DNA of 59,900 nucleotides, filler included, from Sphacelaria rigidula (GCA_964200075.2; 6 parts of 6 records of this genome joined end to end with filler, not necessarily neighbours in it); one strand, 5' to 3'; positions 11,387 through 24,640 are shown, numbered from the whole stretch's first letter. Notes: generated by a model not told the origin, from the sequence alone. Translations and numbers: made by a program.

Positions 11387-12829
11387 CTGATTCCGTCAAA
11401 TCAGGGGCTGTTCATATGCATCCACCCCACACCCATGTTGTTGATTCGAGCTGTGTCTCTTGCATGGGTCGTAGAATTGAACTACGGGCAACGTTTATAA
11501 TCAGCTGTATTTACGACTCTCGGGAACTCGAGACTGCTCTTTTCTCTCCCCCCTGGGGGTTGGTGGGGGCAGGGGGGGGGTACTCATGATCTTGCATGCC
11601 ATGGTCATATGACCATTGATCTCGCACCCCTACAAAGCTGGGACGGAACACGCCGGGTTTTCGCCGGACCAGGCTCGCAATCAATCACCAAGCGCCAAGC
11701 GCAGTGATGTGTTGGGCGAGTCGCATCAAGGGTGAGCTACATCCTGCCAAGATTGTCTCCGGGCTCGAAGCGTACTGATTATTTTGCATTTGAATGAAAG
11801 CCTCCAATGAGTTGCCTCATTTTTTTTTTCTGGGGGGTGGGAGGGGGGGTGATGATATTGTATGCACTCGCGGTGACTTTCCGCTCTCATTTGATATACG
11901 CTCCTCATCATATGGATCCCACGTACAATTCATGGTCGAAACTCACAAAACATGTCACATTAATGGCATATCCGGTGAACATTTCGAAAAGTACATACTG
12001 CTTCCCCCCGACCAACTGTATTTTAGTCATGGCTATTCGCTCACCTTTATCACTTGTTTTGAAACAAGTGAGCGGCATACCGACAGGTTCTGGTCATGGA
12101 CATACGACAACCGCCCGTAGATTGTCCTTGTTTTCACGGACTGATGAGTTCCAAATTCAAGTGCGTTTATACAGGACGCACTTTTTGTGGCAACAGGTGG
12201 CCACCTGATGACGGGCCTCGTGTCCTCTGCGTTTGGTCTTCAGCATCGTTTATGCACTCATGACAGTACTACGCGGTGTCCGTTTACTTGTGATGGGCAG
12301 GCTAGATTTTGCGATATGACGAGGAATTGATCCTCCGCAGTCGTTGAGTTCAGTGGCGCTGTCTGATGTGGGAAGGTGCAACACCACCGCGAAGGATGAT
12401 AGAACAGGCGAGGAAATGCGATGTGAAGCTTGAGTTTTCTGTGCTCGAAAACAGCCCGCCCAGCCAATATGTTGCGGCCCACTTTGATCTGCAGAGATGA
12501 TGCCAGTAAGATGAATGAACACACCAAGGGCCCGACAATCGAAATTTGGGGGGTTTGGAGGAGGTGAGGATCTAGAAGGGTGATATTCAGCGATATAAGT
12601 TGTACCCCCAAGCATAGCTAAGTACCACTCCCCCGCGCGTGCCCCTCAGCCTTTACCTCATGCAAATGGGGGTATCCGAACGTGCCAGTTCGTTGTCGAA
12701 AGCCGCGCAGTTGGTGAACGAGGCGGATGATGAAGTAGCCCCATCACTAGCACCTGAAAAGGGTCGCCTGTCGCGGGTTTAAGAAGCAGCTGTTTGGGGA
12801 CCACAGTAATTGGGCAGGAACTCGAACCC

Positions 12830-13790
12830 GATGATGTACCTTATCCCCGTCCTGGTGTGCCGTCTGTGGCCATCTGTCTCCTGGTATAGCCATCGTTGCT
12901 TCCGCACTGTCTAATGCATCAAACGATTTTATCCCACCTCCGTTTACTTCGGACATATCCCCGTTTAGCGTATTCCATTCCTTCTTGCATAGTTCACAGT
13001 CTGCCACTAGATGACTTGTGCTCTCTCGTACTTTGCCACATTGGGCAATTCTGTCCATCTACCTCATCCTTCTCTCGACTACTGGTATACCTCCTTCTTT
13101 TTTTTGGCAGGTCTAGCTCCCCCACCCGGAATCGCCGTTTCAATATTTTCGACGCGTCCATTGGACCATGCAACTATGTTTTCATTCACATCTCCTCTCT
13201 CAACCCCCCGTACATATTCAGGTGTTCATCCCCGTCTACCTCGCGTCTGAGCGTTTCTTTTCCCCTTATTTCCATATATATGTCTCTTACTTTAGTTTCA
13301 TACCCCCAACCTTAACCTATGGACAGTGCTTCGTCTTGCCTTCCTCCCATATCCTTCCAAACTTTCACGACGGATCTGTCCCACCTTATTCCAGTCTGTT
13401 CTTTCGTCATTTTCTTCCATATAACCTGATCAGCTACGGCTGGCAATCTCTTTCTCTTCATCTTGTTCACGCTATATTACCATACCAATCCCCTCTTGTC
13501 TCTGTTGTTTTGAGTGGGTACATTCCCAACTCTGCTCTCAATTCTGTGTTACTCGTCGTTTTCGAGCATCCAAGCATTCTCTTAGCTGCTGCCATCTGTA
13601 CTGTATCCGACCTCTTCACGAACTTCACGTTCCCCTCCCATACTTCTACATATTCCAGCTTTGGTACAATCGCGTTCACAAGGATACATCCATCAATCCT
13701 AGTATCTAGCTGCGAGTCTCTGAGGATCACGTCCATCCTGCCCATCTTTGACTAACTACTTCCCATTATTCTATTTATTTATGCATTCTA
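12830..13790 (-). mobile_element. Decayed non-LTR retrotransposon 3' ORF remnant (post-RT region plus CCHC-like finger)
   Basis: IVPKLEY..VWEG...AAAKRMLGCSKTTSNTELRAELGMYPL and CGKVRESTSHLVADC on the minus strand. Confidence 0.75.
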
Positions 13791-15789
13791 AGAACAGTTT
13801 TTTATATCTCTACGCCAAGGGGTTTGCGCTGGTCTACGATCGGCTCCGATCACTATGAATGAGCGTTATTTATCGGTATTGACCGTGTTCAAACAGCTGT
13901 TGTTGCTGCTTTTGTTGAAGAAAATGACCCCAAATACCCTCCCATCGTAGGATGACTCTAGACTGTTGTAGTTCTAACTCTATCCAATATCCGAATGCCT
14001 ATGAGTTGAACCCCCGCTCGCCCCCCTCCCTCCCCAGGGAGGTTGGGGAGTGCATAACCTGCTGTTATAACGAATGCAAGTCCGAGCTACAACTTGGGAG
14101 TCTGCGGTTGAACAGGATCACAGTGTGACGGAACGTTCGAGTTGCATGTAGGAGGTGAAAGTCGAGAGGGGACACCGTCAACTTGCATCTTTTACGACCC
14201 TCAACTTCAGCTTTCGACCTTCAACGATTGCGCGAGGTCTTCCAGTTGCGGCCTAGACTTTCCACTTTCACCTCAAACGACATTTTGAAGTCATAGCCCG
14301 GTCAGAGGTTGAAGCTTCAACTTGAAGGTCAACCATTGACTTGGAGCCTCCACATGAACGCTTCAACTTCACGTACGTGTTTTAACTTCAGACTGAATAG
14401 TCTCGATTCTCACATTGAAGCTCTTAGTCTAAGGCGGGCCTTCGAGTTGAGAGTCCGAGTTTGAAGGTTCGAATACTTTGGACGTTCGAGTTTAAAGTCG
14501 AGGCTTTAACTTGAAGGTTTGGGCTTCGACTCGAAGCTTCAACTCGACAACTGAACCCTGGAGCTTCAACTTGAAAGTCGGGGCTTCAATTTGAATGATC
14601 GTCTTGAAGCTTCGACTTCTAAGTTGAGCGTTGAAGGCTCCAATTTAGGCCCTGGCCATTAAGTTGAACCTTTAACTTCGAACTCGAACATTTGAATTGG
14701 AGGTGCGATGATGTCAGCGCGAAATATGTATTGATACACAGTGCTACAGATGAGCGTGCCCCAAGACTGGAACTTCACTTCATCCTTGACCACCTGGAAA
14801 CTTATCCATACTTCCTTGATACATACACAGACCTTGTTCATACAATATTACGCAGGAAATTCACCTCGTCCATGAGTTTTCTCCTTCTGCCTGGGTATTG
14901 ACTCCCTTCATCCGCACATTTCCTGATGTGGTCATCTTCCTACTCACTCACCCATGCACGCATTTTTGCTGCATCTAGCCGTTGACGTATTCCTGTTCGC
15001 ACCCCTACCTTCTGTTGTTCACTCACATTGAGGGTGATGCTGCGGTAGGGGTGCACAAATATTGTCTGAGTTTAGAATTGTTAGGAGCCCTTCATCTTAT
15101 CCGAAACACAACATATGGGATATGTGAGAGTAAGCCAGGATTACTATGTCAATGTGCTAGGGATATCCCGAGTGAATTTTCAAACGAGGATGCCCTGACC
15201 CACATTCCCGTGCATTTCGAATCGTTTAGGAACCCCCGAACCAGACAGAATTTCGCGCAAAAGTTGCACTCCTACCGTGGCATTGCTCTTGACTTGAATT
15301 CGAACGCGTGACCGTATCTTGACGGACTTAATTTTGCATACACGAGTACGCAACAACGCCGTACGAGAGGTCTCGTATTCGCTAAGTTCTGCGTAGGTTC
15401 CGCCAGTCGAGCGACGTACAGTACCGTTCCGTGCGGCTATTGTAGCAGAAAATTTTCCCGAACCAGCGACAGCTTTACACCTTGGGGTTGAACTTTCGTC
15501 CATGCCAAGAAGTGGAATGTGGGGCCCACCCGACATTGTCTCAGATGTCAAGAGATGTGCAGGTGGTTTTCACTTTGTCGTACTTCAACGCAGCTTCCGT
15601 GTGGCCCGTTCGGGGTCATGACGATCACGTTCTATCATGAGGGTGCTATGTTGCGAAATTCACCGCCTTCGGTACCCGAAGCATACGTCACGTCTTGTCG
15701 ATTCCTTACATTATTGGCGGGGGGGCGGGGGGGGGGGACTCATTTGTTGCTTGCCCTAGTCGTTTGACCATTGACCACATATCCCGTTT

Positions 15790-16745
15790 GAGACGGAGCA
15801 CAGTTACTACTACTCCGGATAGACATACATCCTACATTTGGGATCTCATTACGTCTCTTGCACACATTACACAAAAATCTTCTATATATCTTACCCTCCG
15901 TCCTGTTTCACCGTCTGTGGCCATCATCTATCTCCTAGCATAGCCATCGTTTTCCCGATACTATGTAATGTACCGACCGGTGTCGTACCCCCTCCGTGTA
16001 CGTCTCGCGCTTCCCGTTCCTCCTCATATATTTCACATTCTCTCCTTATATGAGCTCTAGTTCCTATTGCTTCGCCACAGGGGCAATTCTGTCGATGTAT
16101 TTCCTCCTCTCCGCCCGACTATTGGTATGCCTCTTTCGTCTTCCTGGCAGGTCCAGGTTCCCCACCCGACATCGCATTTTCAACTTTTTCGCGTAGTCTA
16201 TCGGACCGTGGAGATATGTTTTCATCCATATCCCTTCTCTCAACTCCCGGTATATCTTTAGGTGCTCTTCCTTGTCCGCTTAGCCTTCTAGAGCTTTGTT
16301 TTGGCTCATTTCTATGATGTCTCTTACTTTGATCCCGCACCTCTCACATTCACCTGTGGACCGTATCTCGTCTTGGGTTTCTCCTTTACCTTTCCATATT
16401 TTCTCGACTACGTTATCCTACCCTATTCCAGCTTGCCCTTTCGTTATTTTCTTTCATACAGCCCTCTCAGCTATGGCTGGCAATCTCTTCTGACGTTCCT
16501 TACATTATGGTGTCATTTCAATCTCCTCACGTCTCTATCGATTTTAAGTGGGCACATTCCCGACTCTGGTATCCACACTGTATTTTACTCGTCGTTTTAG
16601 AGCATCCACGTGTTTTCTTAGCTGCTGCCATCTATCCTATTTCCAGCTGCTAAATAAACTTCGAGTCCCCTCCCCACTCTTCTTCTGCAGATTCTAGCTA
16701 GCTTCGTTAAGATCACATCCGTTGCCTCTCTGTGACTTGCCTTTT
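15790..16745 (-). mobile_element. Second, diverged copy of the same LINE 3' region
   Basis: Collinear similarity to 12830-13740 (e.g. cagctatggctggcaatctctt, gggcaattctgtc, cttagctgctgccatct). Confidence 0.7.
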
Positions 16746-17894
16746 CCTCCCCTCTTTTTTTTCGTCCCCAGGAGACAGGAAGGAACCTTTCACCATACAT
16801 TTCGATATTTCTAGTTTCGTGCAGCGCATTCGAGGCGCTCCATCCGTAAGGCATGTCTAACCCAGAGGTCAGACATGCCTAGCGAATGTACGGGAAGGCA
16901 CCAAGGTGGGAACCCCCGAAAGGTACGAATATAGGCCAAAAATGCGAAAACGGCAAAACACACAGCCTAGAGCGTTTTCGTTCCGAAGTTCTCACGCACA
17001 TCAATCGGGGGGTTCCTCGCCACCCGGTCGGTCCTCGAAAAAAACACAGAAAAAACAAAACATGTTACTCGCGATTGACGACCATGGGCAAAAGGTTGCC
17101 CCGCCACCAGAAACCACTTGGCCTTCTTAGGCCAAAGAGTCACCAGGTATACCTTATCCGCGAAATATTTTTAAATCATACCTTACCTGGGCCACCAGTT
17201 GGCCGAGACAGTACCTGTCCTTGGCCATCGCTTGCTACACTATACCTGATACGGCACACTGCGCGCAAGGGAATCCTCGCGTCAACTCCAACCATGGCGC
17301 TCACACACTCGGCTCTTTTCCCACTCATTCGGAGTTCACGGACGCTACGATCAGGCCCCTTTCCCCCCGGAAACGGTCTCCAAGTCTCTCCGCATCAACA
17401 CAAGAAGAACTGGGCTCACAACTCACAGCGCGTCGGCCCTTTGTGGTTTTGGGAGGATATGTAACATCGCGCTGTTGCGATCTCGGGGCTAGTGTCAGGG
17501 TCAAGGTAGGCTCTTCCCGTTACCAACGAACCGTTTATCACATCATCGGTTGTTGGTCCAAGGAACGGACAAGAACCGTCACGCAAATATTCATAGGGAC
17601 AGTACAGTGATAGCGTTCAGCCCTACAGGCTATCATACGCCCAGCAGAAACACCCGAGGATACATTCATCACATATATCTGGACGGTGGGTAACAATCAC
17701 CGACGAGCGAGAAATACCCAACATTTTGTTTTTGATCTGGGACCCCCAAATTCCGGTAATCAGAAATCAAATTTGTACAGCGTGTAGTAGTTATCAATAG
17801 CTACTAACAGATAAAGGAATGGAATCATGTCTCGAAGAATTGGTGCGAATGCAAAGATTTTACTTCTCCGGGTTTCATCCTCAATGAAGAGCTA

Positions 17895-18673
17895 ACAGCA
17901 GATTCTCAAAAATGGGGTTGGACAAAGAAATGAGGTTCGACTCAAGAGCCGTGCTTTCTCCCTGACCTAAAGTCATGACAAACGACTTTCATATGGACGA
18001 CCTCATCCCTCCCGACCTATTTTGCGGGGTTTCCAGCCTTTCGTTCCCCCGAAGGGTCTGTGCGAAAGCACGATTTTTGGGCCAAAAAGCGTCCCTTTTC
18101 TCACCCTGAAATCGAGGTAAAAATGTGCTTTCACACATACCCTTTGAGGGAACGGAAGGTCAGAAGTCCCCCGAAATGGTCTCAGGGTGATCGGGAGGGA
18201 TGAGGTCGTCCATATGAAAGTCTTTTGCCATGAATTTAGATCAGGGAAAGCACTACCTCAAAAATGGGGTTGGACACAAAAATTAGGTTCGACTCAAAAG
18301 CAGTGCTTTCTCCCTGACCTAAAGTCATGACAAACGACTTCCATATGGACGACCTCATCCCTCCCGACCTCCCTAGAACTCTTTTGCGGGGTTTCCAGCC
18401 TTTCGTTCCCCCAAAGGGTATGTGCGAAAGCACGATTTTTTGGGCCAAAAAGCGTCCCTTTTCTCACCCCGAAATCGAGGCAAAAATGTGCTCTCGCACA
18501 TATCCTTTGAAAGAACGGAAGGTAAAGAATCCACCGAAATAGTTTCAGGGAGGTCGAGAGGGATGAGGTCGTCCGTATGAAAGTCATTTGCCATGAATTT
18601 AGGACAGGAAAAGCACTGCTCTCGAGTTGAACCTCATTTTTCTTGCTCAGCCCTATTTTAGAGAATCCGCTGT
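17895..18673. mobile_element. Head-to-tail dimer of a foldback element nested in another MITE
   Basis: About 120-bp TIRs (aacagcagattctcaaaaatggg / ccctattttagagaatccgctgtt). The internal unit restarts at about 18257. Confidence 0.75.
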
Positions 18674-21600
18674 TTCATCCTCAAAATGGATGGTCGGCTG
18701 TTATATGGGCCTAAAACACGGCTTTTCGGCCAAAGCGCAATAATTTTCGCATGCCGCAGAAGACAATAGCTGCCCAGGTAAAAAAGGGGAGCTCAAGAAA
18801 TAACCTTGCCCACACGGAGATGCATCGAGTTGCACGAGATTCGTACTGTGAGCTGAAGTCAGCTAATGAGATTCAATCGATCAAGGAGCAACCCATGTCA
18901 ATGGATTGATACCATGTTTTCTTTTTTCGCTACCCGAGACCCAATCTCTTGTCGGGGCTCATGAATCCTCGGCTGGTACCATCACGCAGGCACGATACAT
19001 CGTGTGATCACGAGTACCCGTCTGGAAACGTGCGTTTGCTGTTTAATGTCGGTAGTTGCCAACGGTATAGCATTCGATTGAGAGTCAACGTTTACATGTT
19101 CGCTTGAAACGTTGCCGGGTGGCCCTAAATCCTACCCTGGCGGGAAAAGGGTTGAGATTCCGACGAATTAGTCGTTGGATTTATATTCTGAAAGCAAGCG
19201 AACACCGATATGCGGGTCTTTTGAATCGCGACGGGTCAATATCCTTCACTGGCATTCAACGCATTCATCGAAAGAACAGTTTTGGAATGGATGATATTAT
19301 GCACTACAGGTGATCGAAACCTACCCGACGCACTAGGCTGTGACGGTTTAAGAGACAACCAACTAGACTTCTCACCAGTCAGCGCTGACTGGTCAGTAGT
19401 CTAGTTGGTTGTATCTTTAACCGTCACACGCTAACTGGTCAGTAATCTAGTTGGCTGTCTCTTAAACCGTCACAAGGCGCTGCTTTGATGAGCAAAATGT
19501 GTCAGTGGTTGATATTCTTATTTTCCTTTTTTCATTGTAGGTTCAAAACGGGTCGTTCCCATTTGTACTCGTCAGTGTTTTGTCCACCAATGGAAGCCAC
19601 GAAAACAGCCGTTTTGCGATCAAAAGCTAATTCTCAATTGCAAGCGACACCCTCAAACCGCCGAAAACCTTGTTTGTACTCACTTCCATCTTGAATATAT
19701 CGTCCGTTGATCATTCGTCGATATACAAGGTTTTGAAATCCGTAGGTATTCGTGAGTTTATTTCGTAACTATCGCATCAAGTCCACCGACACTACCTGAC
19801 CCCTGCATCAAATTTCACCAACGGGCCATGCTGCGATAGGGGGGTCGTACTCATGTGTTGCTTGCCTTAGTCGTTTGACCATTGACCACGCATCCCTCTC
19901 AANNNNNNNNNNNNNNNNNNNNNNNNNNNNNNNNNNNNNNNNNNNNTTAATTAATTAANNNNNNNNNNNNNNNNNNNNNNNNNNNNNNNNNNNNNNNNNN
20001 NNAATGACTCACTTAAAGCGAATGATCAAAGCCACCTCACTCGTATCATCTACTCTCAATCTCACGAAAACACTGTTGTTAGTAGTAGTCCTGGCGTGCT
20101 TTCGCATATCTTCATAGGTTGTGTTTCGCATGAGATAAAGGGCTCCTAACAATTCAAACCTCAGAAAATATTTGTGTATCCCTACCGTAGCATCACTCTG
20201 GTCTCCTTGTGATCGATGGATTGGACCAATCATGTCCATTTTGGTGAATTGTCGCACACCGAATAATTTCATCCTGGCTTGCATTGTGATGCAGCCTCAG
20301 AACGTGACGAATTCTGGACCCACCACATTTCTGAGCCCCTCAACCAAACCAGGTGTTTACCCTGCGTGTTGTCCTGACAACACAAAATCGGCGAGTGGTT
20401 GGTGTTTGTGGTATATTTCTACGGCAATCATCTGCTGCTTGGTGAAATTCTGACTGCAAACGTTAGCCTTCGTGAGATGGCCCAATAAAGCAGTAAAGTA
20501 ATCAAAAGCTGATACCATTATACAACATTGAACACATCAGACAACCGCAATCGAGATATAACCCCGCGATTAACCCAGTCCACAAACTTGTTTCTTCATC
20601 TAGGAACCCAACATTTCGCTTATCGTGATCTTAATTTTAGGGCGTGTGGCAATTGTCAATAGCTCCACCAATAAACACGGGATCCTACAAATTGGGGATG
20701 GATCTTTCATTGCGGATGAGAAACCCGGAGAATTAAAATCTTCGTATCCACACCAAATCTTCGACGTATAGTTCTATTTCTTCACCTACTGATAGTTATT
20801 GACAACTGCTACACGCCATAGATATTTGGGTTTCGATCACCGAAATGTTGGGGTCCTAGGTGAAAAACCAATTTCGGAACCATTTCGGCGTCCGTTCGGA
20901 CACCCGGAATTCCCCAACATTGGTTTTTTAGGTAGGATCCCAACATTTCAGTGATCGAAATCCAAATCTCTATGGCATGTAGCAGTTGTCCATAGCTATC
21001 AGTAAATAAATGAAGAAATGCAACCATATTTCGAAGAGTTGGTGTGGACACGAACATTTTAATTCTCCGGGTTTCTCATCCCCAATAAGATATCCATCCC
21101 CAATTTGTGAGATCCCGTGTTGACAGGTGAAGGAATGGAACCATATTTCGAAGATTTGGTGTGGATGCGAATATTTCATCCTCCGGGTTCTCATCCTCAA
21201 CGAAAAGTTCTATCCTCAATTTCGATGATCGGCTGTTATTTCCTCTCGGCTCTAGCCCAATGAATGTTGTATGTGAAAGAAAAAATGTGTGTCTGTGAAA
21301 TCATTCATGAGAGTGATCGGGATTGGTTCACTCCTGCCTGTGCTGTGAAGAGCTTGGTTGGGCAATGTTCTTTTTCGTATACTCTTCTGAATTTTCTCGT
21401 GTAGTATCCGTCATCGGCGCTTGAAAGTCCTAGCGTCGACAGATGTTGGGCAGACAAGCAGGTCGTGCTTAGAAAACGATCTTCAATCCGTGTTGTCCGG
21501 GTGATACGGAGTGAGTACCTTGTTCAGGGGGTGTTATCGACCGTGACTGGTCCAATAAACACAGTTTTCCGGCTCCAGCGTAATATGCAGATATAAACCA

Positions 21601-22741
21601 AAGAAGAGCAATAGTTTTCATCCGTTCGCAAAAAAGATTGGGACTGCTTCTATCGAGCGCAACTACTCAAGGATCATAACCTGGGGCTGGGTAGTCTCGG
21701 GACCCCCGAAAACCGTTCAGCCCGTGAGTCGTTCAAAAATGAGCGCAGATGTGATTTTATTCCGGAAAGTGCAGGGGATGCGTAGTATTTCCCGGATGCC
21801 CGGACTTTGGGATCAAAGGTTCACCGGGATGGGCGGTGGCACGTGGAAACACTTTTGAATATCCCCGGCTACGAAAATCTCCGGTCTCAGATGGAAGCTA
21901 CTGTACATTACGGTAGTATAAACATATTTTGTATTACTGAAGAAAATATGTCACTCCTCGTCAAGTATGAGAAGGGGCTACCCCCGTTACGCCTCCCAGG
22001 GGCAAGCTACCGCGTACCAAAAGCGAGACCAAAACAACACGTGGATCTCGCCGCCATCAGGTTGAGTCAGAGCCAATTGCAACAAAATGATATCTTCATT
22101 CCCCAACAGTTGAGTAAGCCGTTGTTCGATCGATCTCTGTGTTGTCGTCCCATTTACTCTGGACGCCGGTCTACACCTTCCGGTATATGTGGGCGCATCA
22201 GCCGAGGTCACACAGGAGGAAGGCCAACACGGGAGTTTTTTCTTTTTCGTTTGTTGTAGTTCTCCACCGTTCTTCTGCGGTGCTGGCCTTTTATTTTCAT
22301 CGCGAGAGGGGTTCAGCAGTGCCATTCCCTCGTCGACCATCAAGTCGAATTTTTACTGGCCTGTTTTCCTGGAGTCAAATTGGTACAAAAACACACGCTC
22401 TTGGAAATGGGAAACCCGCAATGTAGCCACGGCGTACAAGTCCTACATGTACAGCACACAAGATGTAGCGTATTTTTGGTCGTTCTCAATTTCAACTGCT
22501 GTACAGGGCGCGTTGATCACTATTATAATGAGTGTGCCTGAATCTCCTACTACAGATCCCGCACACCGCAATAACCGTTCGCGTACGTCACCATCTTTGT
22601 ATTGACACCGCTCCACTGTGCGATCCGCATCTTTACTTCTTCCGCGCCTGATGCCGTTGAATAAGAGGAGGAAGAAAATGGCAAGCACACAAGATTTTAC
22701 ACTTGTTTTACTCGCGCTCGCCCCATCCCAGATGATGTACA

Positions 22742-24640
22742 CTAACGAATCTGTGCTTTTCTGGGTCGAATACCCCTCTCCTTCATTTCTGCCTGAAGAG
22801 CCTGAACCTGCTCGTTCTGCTGGCTGTCCCTGCAAGCCTGGACGGCCGCGTGGTATGTCCCAGCATGCGTTCGCCTCACAGAGATATCCTTGCCCAGGAC
22901 ATCTCGGAACACATTCATCGCCTGCTCCCACTGCCCACATTTCCCACACGCCAAAATCGCCGAGTTGTACGACGCCACGTTAGGGCGAACAGCGCTTCCT
23001 CCCAGCTCCATCTCTCTCAAAACACCAATGGCCTGCTCCCACTTGCCTGCATCCCCGCACGCCTCGATGGCCGCGTTGTAGTTGAACACATTCGGGGATA
23101 CCGTAACCCCATCCGCCTCCATTTCTTTCAGCAGTCGCAGGGCGCCTGCGGCATCTCCGGCAATACCACAAGCCTTGATGGCCATGCTGTAAGCGAGCGG
23201 GCTCTGCACAACCATGTCTCCGGCGGCCCTCATATTCTGAAATATACGGAGGGCCTCCTCCCCCTGACCGGCCTTACCGCACGCCGCAATTGCGTTGATG
23301 AAGCTACGAGAGTCGGGCGCGACCGAGATGCTGCCTGTCCGCATTTCATCCAGCATATCTACGGCCCGCTTCCACATGGTGCCGCTGCCGTTGCTGTCCT
23401 TGTTTTCGCTATTGCCGAGAGCGTAAATGGTCGCGTTGTAGTGACCCACGGTCGCCGGGATGGGACTATCCTCCGCCTGCAGTTCCTCCAGCAACGCTAC
23501 TGCCTGTTCCCCCTGTCCACACTTGCCGCACGCCTTGATGGCAAGACCGTACGAGGCTCCGTTCGCGGTGCCTTTCGCTTGCATTTCCCTGAGGAGCTCG
23601 ACGGCCATCTCCCACTGCCTCGCCTTCCTGTACGCGTTGATGACGGCATTGTCAGTGACCGCGTTCGGCTGCACTCCGTGACTCTTCATCAGATCTACGA
23701 TCCCGAGGGCAATCTTCCACTTACCCGCCTTGGCGCTAGCACCGATGGCGTACGTGTACACTTTCACGTCCATGATATCGGCGGCCGACGGCTCGTGCTT
23801 GAGATGCCAGTGCAGCAGATCTCTAGCCCCCTGCCAGTTAGCCCTGTCCTTCGCCCTCTGCAGTCGTCGCATGAGCGCTTTACGCGCCTCCTCGCTGGGA
23901 TCTATGCTCCCTGGGCTGGTCCACCTTCCGATAGTCCCGGAGGAGACTGCGGCTTCGGGCGACCGACCGGTGCCGCCCCCGCTTGTGGCGGCGTCCCGAC
24001 TGTCGGATATGCTCGACGGCGGCGGCACAGCAGCACCATCTCCAGATATAGGCTTGTGCCTCTCGGCTGACGGAGAGGACGACAGTGGGCGTGCTTGCTG
24101 CGACAGACGTTTGTCCAACAGTATGCCCTCTCTCGCAGCTGCGATGAAAGGCGGGGACGAAAATGAGCACCCAGACGCTTTACGGACGTCGGGGGCAGTA
24201 CCGCGGCGGTCTTGTTTGTTCGAAACACACGCATCACTTTCGTTACATGAGAGGGAAGCAAATCCTGCGTGTTGCTGATTCTGCTGCTCAAGTCTGAAGA
24301 GCGCTGCGTGCGGTCGGTAAACGCGCCGACGCCCCACTCGTGCCGAGCCGTGCACGATAGCGCTCGCCACATACCGGGAAGACATCTTCCGAGCCCGGTC
24401 GGCCGCTTGTCCTTCTCGTATTGTTGCTGCGGCTGTTGATGCTGTCGTCAAAACTTCCCGGAAAAGCCGGGCAAGCACGGTGAGGGCGGCGGCGGCGGCG
24501 GGGGGGATAGGGGGGTAATGAGTTAGTGCCGTCACACTTGTTTTGGATAAAAAATACGCCGGTTTTACTCTTCCTTCCCCCGACCGCCACCCGAATGGGG
24601 ATGGATGTGTCGGGACAGTATATTCCCATCGACGCCACAA
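22742..24640 (-). CDS. Intronless P-type pentatricopeptide repeat (PPR) protein, probably organelle-targeted; likely true start at 24385 (MSSRYVASAIV..., 547 aa)
   Basis: 632-aa ORF with about 9 tandem ~35-aa PPR motifs (e.g. NVFNYNAAIEACGDAGKWEQAIGVLREMELGGSAVRP). The Arg/Ser/Ala-rich, acid-poor stretch after Met at 24385 resembles a mitochondrial presequence. Confidence 0.93.
   Translation of the reverse strand: MWRRWEYTVPTHPSPFGWRSGEGRVKPAYFLSKTSVTALTHYPPIPPAAAAALTVLARLFREVLTTASTAAATIREGQAADRARKMSSRYVASAIVHGSARVGRRRVYRPHAALFRLEQQNQQHAGFASLSCNESDACVSNKQDRRGTAPDVRKASGCSFSSPPFIAAAREGILLDKRLSQQARPLSSSPSAERHKPISGDGAAVPPPSSISDSRDAATSGGGTGRSPEAAVSSGTIGRWTSPGSIDPSEEARKALMRRLQRAKDRANWQGARDLLHWHLKHEPSAADIMDVKVYTYAIGASAKAGKWKIALGIVDLMKSHGVQPNAVTDNAVINAYRKARQWEMAVELLREMQAKGTANGASYGLAIKACGKCGQGEQAVALLEELQAEDSPIPATVGHYNATIYALGNSENKDSNGSGTMWKRAVDMLDEMRTGSISVAPDSRSFINAIAACGKAGQGEEALRIFQNMRAAGDMVVQSPLAYSMAIKACGIAGDAAGALRLLKEMEADGVTVSPNVFNYNAAIEACGDAGKWEQAIGVLREMELGGSAVRPNVASYNSAILACGKCGQWEQAMNVFRDVLGKDISVRRTHAGTYHAAVQACRDSQQNEQVQALQAEMKERGIRPRKAQIR

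Noticed and set aside
17895..18673. CRISPR-like or spaced repeat array (also 28674-28731, 31255-31660)
   Set aside because: Only two long units with no unique spacers and no cas genes; ordinary tandem duplications in eukaryotic DNA.
22850..24070. 406-aa plus-strand ORF (and 23730-24278)
   Set aside because: Antisense shadow of the GC3-rich PPR CDS; no recognisable motifs.
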